Part shown: piece by piece, positions 1 through 9,674 of the stretch
Numbering within the stretch: position 1 is the stretch's first letter
Layout of the letters: each line of letters starts with the position of its first letter
Origin: a virus
Lineage: Duplodnaviria; Caudoviricetes
DNA: 64,000 bases
Virus record (IMG/VR): IMGVR_UViG_3300046819_000361
Strand: one strand, 5' to 3'
Translations under genes and position numbers: made by a program
The notes under the pieces: generated by a model
Databases searched by the model: none
The model's input: only the letters and a program-made list of their open reading frames with translations
What the model was told of the DNA's origin: nothing

Positions 1-730
1 CATCTACACGAACACCACCCCCGGCGCCAGCTGAATCAACACGATATGCAGGATCTGGCACTTCGCTGTTTGTTATCAAAGGCAACGCAGTTGCACCTAT
101 TGACTGATTTTGCACGGTTTCATTAGGTATAAACTTCATTCCATTATTCAAATATGGGCCAGATATACTCGTGCAATCTTTAATAGTAGGAGCTGTTGTA
201 AATGTTGTGTATGGTAATATAGAGAATGCAAAACTTGGTGCTTGATGATCCTTAACGGTGATACATTCAATAGTTGATCCACTACTTAAATGAAAAACAT
301 CTAATTGTGGGTTTTGTGGAATAATAACAACTCTCGAATCTTCGCCGATGATAGTCACGTTTTCCGGACAGACAATAGGATTGTTTTCAGTATACTCACC
401 ACTAAAGACGATAATAGTTGTACCAGGAACAGCAGAATTTATAGCAGAGGTTATAGACGGCTTTGGTGCTGTTATTGAATTTCCAGGATATAAATCATTA
501 CCATTTTTTGAAACAAATAATACGTTTTCTGTAGGCAGGATATCGGTTTGTATAGCAGACTGTGGAATCCATTCAGTTGTCCCATCAGTTCTCCCAATTA
601 GTACACTGCTGTCCACATCTGGTGAGCCCAGCGCTGGCTGAGCTTGTTCTAGTGATACATATTTATATCTTGATGATGTTAATTTTGTTGCCGGAATTAC
701 CGGTTTTCTTCCACTTAATAAATTAGGCAT
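1..730 (-). CDS. Partial virion structural protein (beta-helix/pectin-lyase-like N-terminus), paralog of 3507..7583; runs off the left edge
   Basis: Not in the ORF track. Hand translation from the ATG at 730 (overlaps the upstream stop): MPNLLSGRKP...ENVLFVSKNGNDLYPGNSITAPKPSITSAI...GEYTENNPIVCPENVTIIGED...DVFHLSSGS...SGPYL, which aligns with NILYVTMDGSDTNDG...GHYFENNPIVV...DVFHVNSSC...SGPWL. Confidence 0.8.
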   Translation of the reverse strand, partial: MPNLLSGRKPVIPATKLTSSRYKYVSLEQAQPALGSPDVDSSVLIGRTDGTTEWIPQSAIQTDILPTENVLFVSKNGNDLYPGNSITAPKPSITSAINSAVPGTTIIVFSGEYTENNPIVCPENVTIIGEDSRVVIIPQNPQLDVFHLSSGSTIECITVKDHQAPSFAFSILPYTTFTTAPTIKDCTSISGPYLNNGMKFIPNETVQNQSIGATALPLITNSEVPDPAYRVDSAGAGGGVRVD

Positions 731-3494
731 TTGCAGTCTCTAATATGCTGAGAGTAACTTTTAATCCACTAGATTCACTAGCAAAAGCTACTATACTATC
801 GAAGCTTTCGATAATCATTTTCCCTGATAATAACGATGCTGAATCGTTTGGAGGTATGATATAATCCTTTACTATTTCAGTAACGGTATCCCCTGCTTGG
901 TATCCATTTAATGTTGCTGGGTCCGGGAATACTGGTATATTTCTATAATGAGCAAAAGTTAGACTAATATCATGGTCTGTTACATTAGCAACTTGGGCCA
1001 TTAAGACAATAGAAGTAACACCAGGAGGAGCTGTGTATATTTTAGTAGTATTAGGAGATTTAAGATTATTCATGTACCCAATCACTTCTGATACAATAAA
1101 TTCCTTATTCAGCATAATCAAATCAAATGCGGTTTGATATGCTTCATCACTCACTGGTGTGCTAGCAATAGGTTCACGAACATTCGCTGAGCCTGGACCG
1201 TTGTTTATAATATTAACTAAAGTATCAATTAATCCAAATGGATGTGATCTATCAATATTATAAATACTCCATGCAATTTCATCACATTTTCTAGGATCTC
1301 CAGCTGTTGGGATATAATATGACATATCCTGTTTGATTTCTTGTTGATACGGTGCTTTTAAGTATTTATTTTTATTTTTGTATGAAGTAATAGCACCTTG
1401 AGTTAAAAATGTATTAGTCACGATAGCCGACATAACAATACCCATATAATTATATGCATCAATGGTGTCTGTTTTTTCAGTTGGAACTACTGATGTATCG
1501 GCAGAATTACTATAGTAATACACTCCAGCTTGTGCAGCTTGACGATTACCGGGATATGTCAAATCGAAATTAATACAATCAACAATATATCCTATATCTC
1601 TAAAACATAGATTATCATTTGTGTATAATGAACTATTTGGATAAGTAAATCCAACTGAAACTGTACCAGATCCAACAACACTCCCTGTTGCTACAAAGGT
1701 AGTACCAGAAACAAATCCCACTGGTGCACCAGCTGCACCGAAATCACTATCACCAACAGTAACAATGGTATAGGTTCTACCTGTTTGCATTTCAGTTGAT
1801 GATATTACAGTGTAATGTGTAATTGCATCAATATACGCAACGATTTGAGCTTGAATAAATTCTTTATTTGCTAATAGAATTTTTGCTGCACTAATTAGAT
1901 TATAATCTGTGGTTTCTTTCAAACCTATTGGATGTAATTCAGAAGTGAACCCAAGTTCGTCCATATTCCAATCAGAAAGATTCAAAGTTGGATTTTTGTT
2001 TGTGTTAATAGTGTTACTTATGTATACTACGCCATTATAAACAACTGCATCATCTGGTTGATATGCTACCGAGTTAGACCAAGGAGAGGCATATGCCCCA
2101 TTGGGTCCATATTTTATAATGTTTCTAATTAACCTAACATTTTCAGTTGCAATATCTGCTTCATATGATGAGCCAGAGGTTAAACTAATGTTCTGTAAAA
2201 CATCTCTTTGATAAATCGTGGCAATCGGTTGTCCTAAAATAACATCATTAACAAGTGTTTCAAGATATTTATAAGCCGATAACGCTTCCGCCATTTCGGT
2301 TTCTATTAAACTAACATCGGTCGAAAATCCATAATAATAAACCCCAGCTTGGATAGTTTGTCTATTACCACCATATTTCAAATCAAATGAGATAGAATCA
2401 ACAATATAGCCAATATCTCTGTAGCATTTATCAGAATCATAGGCAAACGAATAAGAGAACGGAGGGGTGTTTGATGCTACATTATAGTTAATCCATGCAA
2501 TCACTTCTGATTGAATATATTTTTTATTTGCTTGCAATAAAGTATAAGCATTTAATAAACCAGTATCGCTAGTAGCCATACCATTTGGCTGAATATCATC
2601 AGTTACACCAGTAGTGCCATTTACAATAATGTCAGAAATTTTAGACATTAATGTATCCACTTTATTCTTACTAGTTAAATTACCTGGAATAGATGTATTG
2701 ATAATTTGGGACAATTTATTACCAGTTGTATTGATGATTACTTCATTTACAACAATTTTTTTCATTAATGATTTTGCAAAATCGACAGCTGCAGACGTTT
2801 GATTAATTTCACCATTAATTTTTGTAGATCCCTGTGACCAATATTGCAATCCAGCAAACAAAGATTGGGTAGATCCATTGAACAATAAATCAAATGCAAT
2901 AGAATCAACAATTAATCCAGTATCTCGGGAGCATTTTGCTTTATCATAAACATATCCTTTTCCAAATCTACTATTGACAAACGCAACAATTTCATGTTGT
3001 AAAAAAGTTTTGTTTGCTTGTAAAATAGCAACAGCGTTAGCCATTGAAGAGTTTGTATCAATATGTGCTCCATTTGTAATAATTCTATCAGTAACACCGG
3101 CTGTACCATTTTCAATAATATCGATAATCAAATTAAATTCATTTTCAATTAATAGTTGAGATTCGAGATCGCTTTCTGGATAACTCATATTTTGCGATAT
3201 TAAATTTCCCACTGATGCATCAACTGGTATATTGAGTATTAATTGCAATGCCACTTCTTTTGCATGTTGTAACGCTGAAATGGTTTGAAATACTTCCCCG
3301 TCAATTTTTGATACTCCTTGTGACCAATATTGCACTGCTGCAAATTCTGTTTGTGTTGATCCACCGAATAATAAATCATATGCAATTGAATCGACAATCA
3401 ATGCAGTATCCCTAGCACATTTTGCTTGGTTATATTTCAGTGTTGATAACACTGCTGTTTTTGTTTTAAACGTATTTAATGGTATTAATGCCAT
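723..3494 (-). CDS. Virion structural protein with four helical C-x-R-D (phycobiliprotein/globin-like) repeats
   Basis: 923-aa ORF; repeats KCARD, KCSRD, KCYRD, LCFRD; one CBM-like W/Y motif; co-oriented with the head module. Confidence 0.7.
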   Translation of the reverse strand: MALIPLNTFKTKTAVLSTLKYNQAKCARDTALIVDSIAYDLLFGGSTQTEFAAVQYWSQGVSKIDGEVFQTISALQHAKEVALQLILNIPVDASVGNLISQNMSYPESDLESQLLIENEFNLIIDIIENGTAGVTDRIITNGAHIDTNSSMANAVAILQANKTFLQHEIVAFVNSRFGKGYVYDKAKCSRDTGLIVDSIAFDLLFNGSTQSLFAGLQYWSQGSTKINGEINQTSAAVDFAKSLMKKIVVNEVIINTTGNKLSQIINTSIPGNLTSKNKVDTLMSKISDIIVNGTTGVTDDIQPNGMATSDTGLLNAYTLLQANKKYIQSEVIAWINYNVASNTPPFSYSFAYDSDKCYRDIGYIVDSISFDLKYGGNRQTIQAGVYYYGFSTDVSLIETEMAEALSAYKYLETLVNDVILGQPIATIYQRDVLQNISLTSGSSYEADIATENVRLIRNIIKYGPNGAYASPWSNSVAYQPDDAVVYNGVVYISNTINTNKNPTLNLSDWNMDELGFTSELHPIGLKETTDYNLISAAKILLANKEFIQAQIVAYIDAITHYTVISSTEMQTGRTYTIVTVGDSDFGAAGAPVGFVSGTTFVATGSVVGSGTVSVGFTYPNSSLYTNDNLCFRDIGYIVDCINFDLTYPGNRQAAQAGVYYYSNSADTSVVPTEKTDTIDAYNYMGIVMSAIVTNTFLTQGAITSYKNKNKYLKAPYQQEIKQDMSYYIPTAGDPRKCDEIAWSIYNIDRSHPFGLIDTLVNIINNGPGSANVREPIASTPVSDEAYQTAFDLIMLNKEFIVSEVIGYMNNLKSPNTTKIYTAPPGVTSIVLMAQVANVTDHDISLTFAHYRNIPVFPDPATLNGYQAGDTVTEIVKDYIIPPNDSASLLSGKMIIESFDSIVAFASESSGLKVTLSILETANA

Positions 3495-3506
3495 GTATAA
3501 ATCCTC

Positions 3507-6500
3507 TTAACCTTCAATTGCTAATATAAACGGTGTCATTTCTGCAAACAAACTCTTTTGGAATGTTCTACCGCTCAGAACACCAGTTGCTTGACTAATT
3601 ACTAGATCTGGTCCTATTCTAAAATCACCATTCTGATCAGTTGATGTGAAAAAAACTTTCCCACCATTCAACATATTTACCTCATTTTCTTGGATAGGAT
3701 CAGATCTGCCAACCTGTGGTAATGCACCATAATTAGTCCCTGATCCAATATATTCAAAAAGATATCCAGAAGCTGACATATAACTTCTTTGATAGAAGTT
3801 AACCAACGCACCATCCGGGAATAATGCACTATTCCTAACATTATCTTCAATTTCAACAATGTGATATGTACCAGGTTTTGAAAAGTATGACAACCCAGAA
3901 TATACTGAATTGTAATTGCCACCACTGGTTAAATCATATGCTAAATTTACACAGATTAATTTAACATCTCGTCTACATTTATTACTATTGTATTCTAATT
4001 GAAACCATGCACCGGATTCTGCTGTTCTTATTTGTTCTTCAATATAAGCAGTAATTTCTTCTACGCAGAAATCTAAATTTGATAATATTAATTTTGCTGC
4101 ATCACCATGATTATTATTAACAACCCCGGTAGTTGATAATTCGATATCAATACCAGCAGCTGCAACAATTTCTGCATCAGTATTTCCAGCCAATATACCA
4201 GCTTTAACAATATTTGGATTTCCTAAAATAGTGATAATATTAGTCATTAATTCATCAATTATTGCAGCCATGGCTAATTTATCATAGGTAGATGCTAATT
4301 TTTGATCAATCACTTGCTCAACAATATTTTGTGAACTAACTACTACCTCATTCTGTACAATCTGTTTAACAATATTAGTTAATGCGACCAGTGACGATAT
4401 CTCAGGCTGTGGCAAAGTGGTAATTTGCTTTTCTGGTAAAATGCTATCACCAAGTGATATTATAGATCCATCTGACCTAAACGTTGGGTTAGTAGCAGGT
4501 GTACTAGACAAAATCGTATAATATGCATTACCACACGTGAATAATGTAAAATAATTAGGATTATTCAAATCACCGCCAGACATATTAACTGGTTTACTTA
4601 AGTATATAGTTTCTGGATCCATATCACTAATAACGGTTCCATCAAGAATATACAATTCCCCTGTCTCTGAATCATAATTATTTCCATATTGATCGTAAAT
4701 ATATACTCGTTGTCCAATAAACATGTTAATAGGATTGACACCACTTATGGATAACTCACCTTTTGTAATAGTTGACAAAGTAATGGTAGCTGTCAAAAAT
4801 CCAGGTTTACCTTGTGCATTAATATATTCAGATGGTGGTAATATTTCCATCATTAATGAAATATGTGGTCTATATGCAATATCTGGTAGGAAAACACAAA
4901 TTTGTTGTTTGTTAGGAAAAAATCCAGAAGGATAATATTCATTATAGTCAAATTCATTAGTCACAGAATTAAATGTATAATTTGTTGGATTATAGACTGT
5001 GCCAGAAAATTCACGTGGTCCATATCCTTTTGAAATCATGCAATATTTTCCAAAATTGGCGTTTGAATTAGTGATAGATGCAATGCCACCATTATCAGTT
5101 TGTACTGCAATCGAACTAAAGATTGTAAATACTGATACTAATTGAACATAACCACGATTAGTAACTCTGATACCACGACCGCCCTGATTCACTTGTGTGA
5201 AAGCATCAGCAACGAATGACCGAATTGGAGAATTGGTTGTGACAACATCACCATCTATTAACATGCCACCCATAGAACCCCATGGATCGCATTTGCGATT
5301 ACTCCATCTTGACGGAATCGTTGATTCAACTGCTGGATACACAGATGGCCAACCAAAATACAAAGTTGAATTATTCCCAACACCAACTGTTTTATTATCT
5401 AAATACAATCTAACTCGATTAACATCAGTATAAATATAATTTAAAATTTTTGTTGCTTTTTGAATATCATCTGCTGAAATACCAGTAGCAGAAAATAATG
5501 CAGTACCAGTATGTTTTCTATACTTTTTCGTTGTATCAGATGGATTAGTACCAATCAAATTGGTACCATTTTCAACAATATCTTTAATAATATTAACATT
5601 TTTTTCAATAGATACTGATGCAATTTCCCCATACATCCAATCTAAATTAATAGTTTGATCATATGACATACTAATGTTTCGTATGACATTTTGTATTACC
5701 GTATTTAATTGCGTAAATGCATCTAACCATATAAGCAATTCTTGTTGTGTCAATACTAAATGATTAGCATTATAATAAGCTGTTGCAACTTCAATTGTAC
5801 GCGAATTCCCACCCAATAAAGTATCATGTGCCAACGCATCGATAATATATCCAAGATCACGTTTGCATTTCATTCTGTCATAAACAAAAGTTGGATAATT
5901 GGTAGTTATGTATCCATCTATTCTATTCTGTAAATATGTTCTATTATTAATAATTAACAATTCAGCACTTGTTAAACCAAATTCTGGACCAGTACTTTTA
6001 TACTCACGATCAATGTATTCATCGGTTCCAAATGTTAAAATATTTTCAATTATTTGAATATTATTATTAAATGGTTGTATTGCAATAGCCCCATCTGTTA
6101 GTGAGGCATTTATTACTTGTGAAATACCAAATTTAGCAGTACCATTACCAGAACCGATCCCAGTGGCAACAAATGTCATACCAACAGTGTTACTTTCTGC
6201 GCCAATGTCGATAAAGTTAGTTGATCCAATTGAAACAATTGTATATGTTTTACCAGGAATAAACAAACCAGCATCCACTGTAGTTCCTGCATATAAGTCA
6301 GGGATAACTGAATTTTCTATGATTGATTCAACTAATGTTTTTATGAATCCCAACACATCTATTGTTTGATCAATTTCACCGGAAATTTTACTGATAGCAT
6401 TATCCCAATACGCTTTACCACATTGGATTGATTTTGAATTTCCACCAAAAGTAGTATCATACATAACATGTTCAATAATTATTCTAATATCTCTACTGCA

Positions 6501-7583
6501 TTTTTGAGAATCATAAGTAAAATTATACCAAATACCAGATGTAGCAGCTGCTACATTATCACTGATATATTTTAAAACTTGCTCTTGGATAAATTGAATA
6601 TTTGCGAAAACTAAAGCTCTAGCAGAAAAAAATCCTTGATTTTGTGGGGCAGTATTGATAGACATACCAACCTCAATGAGCCCAGCGCCTTCTGATAATA
6701 CAACATCAATTATATCTGTTGGTATTCCATCTAGGCCAAACGTAGTTGTACCAACTGCCACTGGGATTTGAACTGTTTGATTTGGCACAAACATTGCTCC
6801 ATCATATAACCACGGCCCTGATTGATTTGTACAATTTTGAATATAGGGTGATTTATAGACAGTTATCTTACCAGTTTTTAATGTTGCATTAGCAGTCGCA
6901 GTTGCATTACTAGATATTTTGATTGTATTATTAGCTGAATCGATTGAAACAACAGTTGCTCCAGGGGGGATCAAAGTTGAAAATGATTCTGTACCGAAAA
7001 TTTCCATACCGACAACAATATTATCAATCGGTGAAACGTTAGTAATCGATTGACTACCTACCGTAGTAGAACCAGTAAAAGCAAACCCATAATTTATAGG
7101 AAATGCTACTGCATACGCCCCTCTATCTAACATTGGATCTACAATTCCACTTCGCCCATTAATAATTTGTAATTGGGAAATGTAGCAAGAACTGTTAACA
7201 TGGAAAACGTCTTGTGTTTTGTTAATTGGTTCAATTGTTGTTGTTCTTAAATCACTACCCATGATAGAAGTGTATGGTTTGACAACAATTGGGTTATTCT
7301 CAAAATAATGTCCAGGAGCTACTTTAATCGCTGTCCCAGAGGTATACTTGGGGGATTTTACTGCACCACTGATTGTTCTGCATGCTTTTGTTGGATCAGC
7401 AGCAGTCCCATCATTAGTGTCAGATCCATCCATAGTTACATATAAAATATTAGATACAACCGGTGCTGTTCCATATGCGGCCCCTTTTACAAGAAAGTCA
7501 CCATCGATGACTGCACGTGCGCCATTTTCAGAATCCACCTGTATTACGTAATCACCTTGGTCGATTTTTAATACTCTTGACAT
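3507..7583 (-). CDS. Large virion structural protein (beta-helix-like segments plus three C-x-R-D helical repeats)
   Basis: 1358-aa ORF with RBS AAGGAG; LYV..DG.D.NDG...TI..A motif; C-terminal GGKVFFTSTDQNGDFRIG motif typical of large myovirus structural proteins. Confidence 0.7.
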   Translation of the reverse strand: MSRVLKIDQGDYVIQVDSENGARAVIDGDFLVKGAAYGTAPVVSNILYVTMDGSDTNDGTAADPTKACRTISGAVKSPKYTSGTAIKVAPGHYFENNPIVVKPYTSIMGSDLRTTTIEPINKTQDVFHVNSSCYISQLQIINGRSGIVDPMLDRGAYAVAFPINYGFAFTGSTTVGSQSITNVSPIDNIVVGMEIFGTESFSTLIPPGATVVSIDSANNTIKISSNATATANATLKTGKITVYKSPYIQNCTNQSGPWLYDGAMFVPNQTVQIPVAVGTTTFGLDGIPTDIIDVVLSEGAGLIEVGMSINTAPQNQGFFSARALVFANIQFIQEQVLKYISDNVAAATSGIWYNFTYDSQKCSRDIRIIIEHVMYDTTFGGNSKSIQCGKAYWDNAISKISGEIDQTIDVLGFIKTLVESIIENSVIPDLYAGTTVDAGLFIPGKTYTIVSIGSTNFIDIGAESNTVGMTFVATGIGSGNGTAKFGISQVINASLTDGAIAIQPFNNNIQIIENILTFGTDEYIDREYKSTGPEFGLTSAELLIINNRTYLQNRIDGYITTNYPTFVYDRMKCKRDLGYIIDALAHDTLLGGNSRTIEVATAYYNANHLVLTQQELLIWLDAFTQLNTVIQNVIRNISMSYDQTINLDWMYGEIASVSIEKNVNIIKDIVENGTNLIGTNPSDTTKKYRKHTGTALFSATGISADDIQKATKILNYIYTDVNRVRLYLDNKTVGVGNNSTLYFGWPSVYPAVESTIPSRWSNRKCDPWGSMGGMLIDGDVVTTNSPIRSFVADAFTQVNQGGRGIRVTNRGYVQLVSVFTIFSSIAVQTDNGGIASITNSNANFGKYCMISKGYGPREFSGTVYNPTNYTFNSVTNEFDYNEYYPSGFFPNKQQICVFLPDIAYRPHISLMMEILPPSEYINAQGKPGFLTATITLSTITKGELSISGVNPINMFIGQRVYIYDQYGNNYDSETGELYILDGTVISDMDPETIYLSKPVNMSGGDLNNPNYFTLFTCGNAYYTILSSTPATNPTFRSDGSIISLGDSILPEKQITTLPQPEISSLVALTNIVKQIVQNEVVVSSQNIVEQVIDQKLASTYDKLAMAAIIDELMTNIITILGNPNIVKAGILAGNTDAEIVAAAGIDIELSTTGVVNNNHGDAAKLILSNLDFCVEEITAYIEEQIRTAESGAWFQLEYNSNKCRRDVKLICVNLAYDLTSGGNYNSVYSGLSYFSKPGTYHIVEIEDNVRNSALFPDGALVNFYQRSYMSASGYLFEYIGSGTNYGALPQVGRSDPIQENEVNMLNGGKVFFTSTDQNGDFRIGPDLVISQATGVLSGRTFQKSLFAEMTPFILAIEG

Positions 7584-7597
7584 TTATACTCCTTAAG

Positions 7598-7620
7598 TGG
7601 AGGGATATAAAATCCCTCCA
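7598..7620 (-). terminator. Stem-loop, probable terminator or processing hairpin
   Basis: TGGAGGGAT-ATAAA-ATCCCTCCA just downstream of 7637..8665. Confidence 0.55.
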
Positions 7621-7636
7621 TTGTTTTCATTTTTAT

Positions 7637-8665
7637 TTAAGCGTTATCGATTTTTACGTTAATACCAGCAGCAAGGTATGGTTGAACTGCATACACTTTA
7701 GTACCAGATGTTGAGTTCATGGTCCAAGCTACGTTTTGTCCGTTAGGATATGTAGTTGGATCGGCAAATTCACCATCTGTATTGGACGCTTTACGTTTAA
7801 TTAATGCTTTATGTGCAGTTAGTTTAAGAACCCAATATTCTTTACCAGCTGCATCGAATGCAGTAATATCCATTTCATTAAATGTATTGTCGCCATCAGT
7901 ATCAGCTGCAGCACCGCCAGTTTTTGCAACTAAAATTGCAGATCGGACAGTCCATGGTTCACCAGAGACAAGTGTCGCTGTTCTAACAGCATATCTACGG
8001 CTAGATTCTTGTTTTACAATATCAACTTTTTGACGAGATCCACCACCATTGCCTATCCAAGCATATGCAGTAATCGCATTTTCTTGATTAGTTGATGAGC
8101 TAACTGCACCTGTATCAGCAGCCAAGTTAACAGATGTAGCAGTTACTGATTGTGTAAAGGTAACTGTTGCTGATGAATATCCTGAACCAGGTTCTGTAAT
8201 CAAAACCTCTTTAGCATTGTAATTTACTGTAAAAGTAGCACCAGTTGCTGCTGGGTTAGTTACTGTAATATTAGTTACAGTTTGTGCACCAGATGGAAGT
8301 GCTCCTGCTGCATAAGGATATGATCCACGTTCGTTTATAGTTGCACCTGTAATTGCGCCATCAACCGCAGTAATTGTAAATAATGTACCATTACCAATCG
8401 TAACAACATCACCTGATGTATAATCACTCATTGTTCCACCGAATGCAGTAATAATATTAACTTGTGATGTTACTGTACCCACAGCTTTCACACCGTTTGG
8501 TAATTGTGGGTCTGAAAATGTGGTAGTAGGACGAGCGGTATATGAGCCCAATGCATTTAATGTAACACTAGCAATACTTGAACCACCTATACCATTATCT
8601 GTAGTTACACTAATTGAACCGATATTACGGTTACCAAAGAATTTTTTATTTAAAGGTCTTCCCAT
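7637..8665 (-). CDS. Putative virion structural/decoration protein
   Basis: 342 aa, Thr/Gly/Ala-rich, ITEPGSGY motif, strong RBS AGGAGA, own late promoter at 8754-8761. Confidence 0.6.
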   Translation of the reverse strand: MGRPLNKKFFGNRNIGSISVTTDNGIGGSSIASVTLNALGSYTARPTTTFSDPQLPNGVKAVGTVTSQVNIITAFGGTMSDYTSGDVVTIGNGTLFTITAVDGAITGATINERGSYPYAAGALPSGAQTVTNITVTNPAATGATFTVNYNAKEVLITEPGSGYSSATVTFTQSVTATSVNLAADTGAVSSSTNQENAITAYAWIGNGGGSRQKVDIVKQESSRRYAVRTATLVSGEPWTVRSAILVAKTGGAAADTDGDNTFNEMDITAFDAAGKEYWVLKLTAHKALIKRKASNTDGEFADPTTYPNGQNVAWTMNSTSGTKVYAVQPYLAAGINVKIDNA

Positions 8666-8673
8666 TTGTTTTG

Positions 8674-8761
8674 TCTCCTTGACGTTCTAGGTCATACGCT
8701 GAGGGATTTCAGCATAAATCAGTCTATTAGTCTGATATAATTATGACTGTAAGTATTTATC
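8674..8761 (-). promoter_or_regulatory. Late promoter (GATAAATA) followed by a structured 5' leader
   Basis: TAAATA at 8754-8759; three consecutive hairpins between the promoter and the RBS. Confidence 0.55.
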
Positions 8762-8782
8762 CTTAATAGCCAAGATATAAAA

Positions 8783-9580
8783 TTACCCAGGTTTATGTTT
8801 ACATTTATCACCATGCCATCGTTTATGCATTCCAATACTGAAAGTTCGTCCACAGTGATCACACATCTCAGTTTTTTGTGATGGGTGTTTTCCTTCCGAT
8901 AATAATTTTAAATTGAGCGAAGGACCTAAAAAATTATGAGTGCCATCACTAATTCTGTTATTATTAGTATTAGGACCTAAAAAATTATGAGTACCAGATT
9001 CAATTAATTTTTTATTTAATTTACCGTTAGAGTTAGGGCTATTACCATTTTGCCAATGATGCAACCCATCTTTACTCCGCTTTTTTGATGGATTGTTGGT
9101 TTGAAAAATATTTCTACCACGACTCGATGCTAATTTAGAATTCCTGCCATCGAGATTTGGATTATTTTTTATAAATCGAGTTTTTGCATCTGGATTTTTA
9201 TTCATCCAATGGGCATCGCCTGCCAGTTTTTCTTTGGCTTTTATCGAGTCAGATGTCCAATGATTTACACCACTTATTTTATTTACAATGTCTGGATTGT
9301 GCATTGGATTATTTGTTGAATCAAATCCAACAGGGTCAATTGTCATATTCATACAATTATCATTATTGTAATGAACTTTTAAATAGCTAGCCTCTAGTAT
9401 TTTTAAATGTTCAATTGAATCAGTATATTCTAGAATTTCTCTAGTAAGTTCTGATTTATCTTTTATAGATCGTGGCCATTTACCAGACCCAAAATATCCA
9501 TCATCAATATTTTCAGTACTATGTCTACCAATATAGTACTTACCATTTATATGTGTAGTTTTATAAATAAAATGTTTCAT
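8783..9580 (-). CDS. Free-standing GIY-YIG (Seg-like) homing endonuclease
   Basis: N-terminal FIYKTT...YYIGRHST...DDGYFGSG; repeated NNP/HW/HNFL DNA-binding modules; C-terminal CDHC...WHGDKC. Confidence 0.85.
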   Translation of the reverse strand: MKHFIYKTTHINGKYYIGRHSTENIDDGYFGSGKWPRSIKDKSELTREILEYTDSIEHLKILEASYLKVHYNNDNCMNMTIDPVGFDSTNNPMHNPDIVNKISGVNHWTSDSIKAKEKLAGDAHWMNKNPDAKTRFIKNNPNLDGRNSKLASSRGRNIFQTNNPSKKRSKDGLHHWQNGNSPNSNGKLNKKLIESGTHNFLGPNTNNNRISDGTHNFLGPSLNLKLLSEGKHPSQKTEMCDHCGRTFSIGMHKRWHGDKCKHKPG

Positions 9581-9619
9581 GATATTATTTATATTATCCG
9601 CTGCATTACATACAAATTA

Positions 9620-9657
9620 GACAATAAAAAACCACCCGAAGGTGGTTTTTTATTGTC
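9620..9657. terminator. Bidirectional rho-independent terminator after gp23
   Basis: Perfect inverted repeat GACAATAAAAAACCACC-CGAA-GGTGGTTTTTTATTGTC. Confidence 0.9.
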
Positions 9658-9674
9658 GCAAAAATTTAGCTATA

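Noticed and set aside
348-641. Plus-strand 97-aa ORF and similar short antisense ORFs throughout the track
   Set aside because: They are antisense shadows of longer, motif-bearing genes
8680-8750. Hammerhead-like CTGA...GAAA words in the leader
   Set aside because: No CUGAUGA core and the stems are not arranged as a hammerhead
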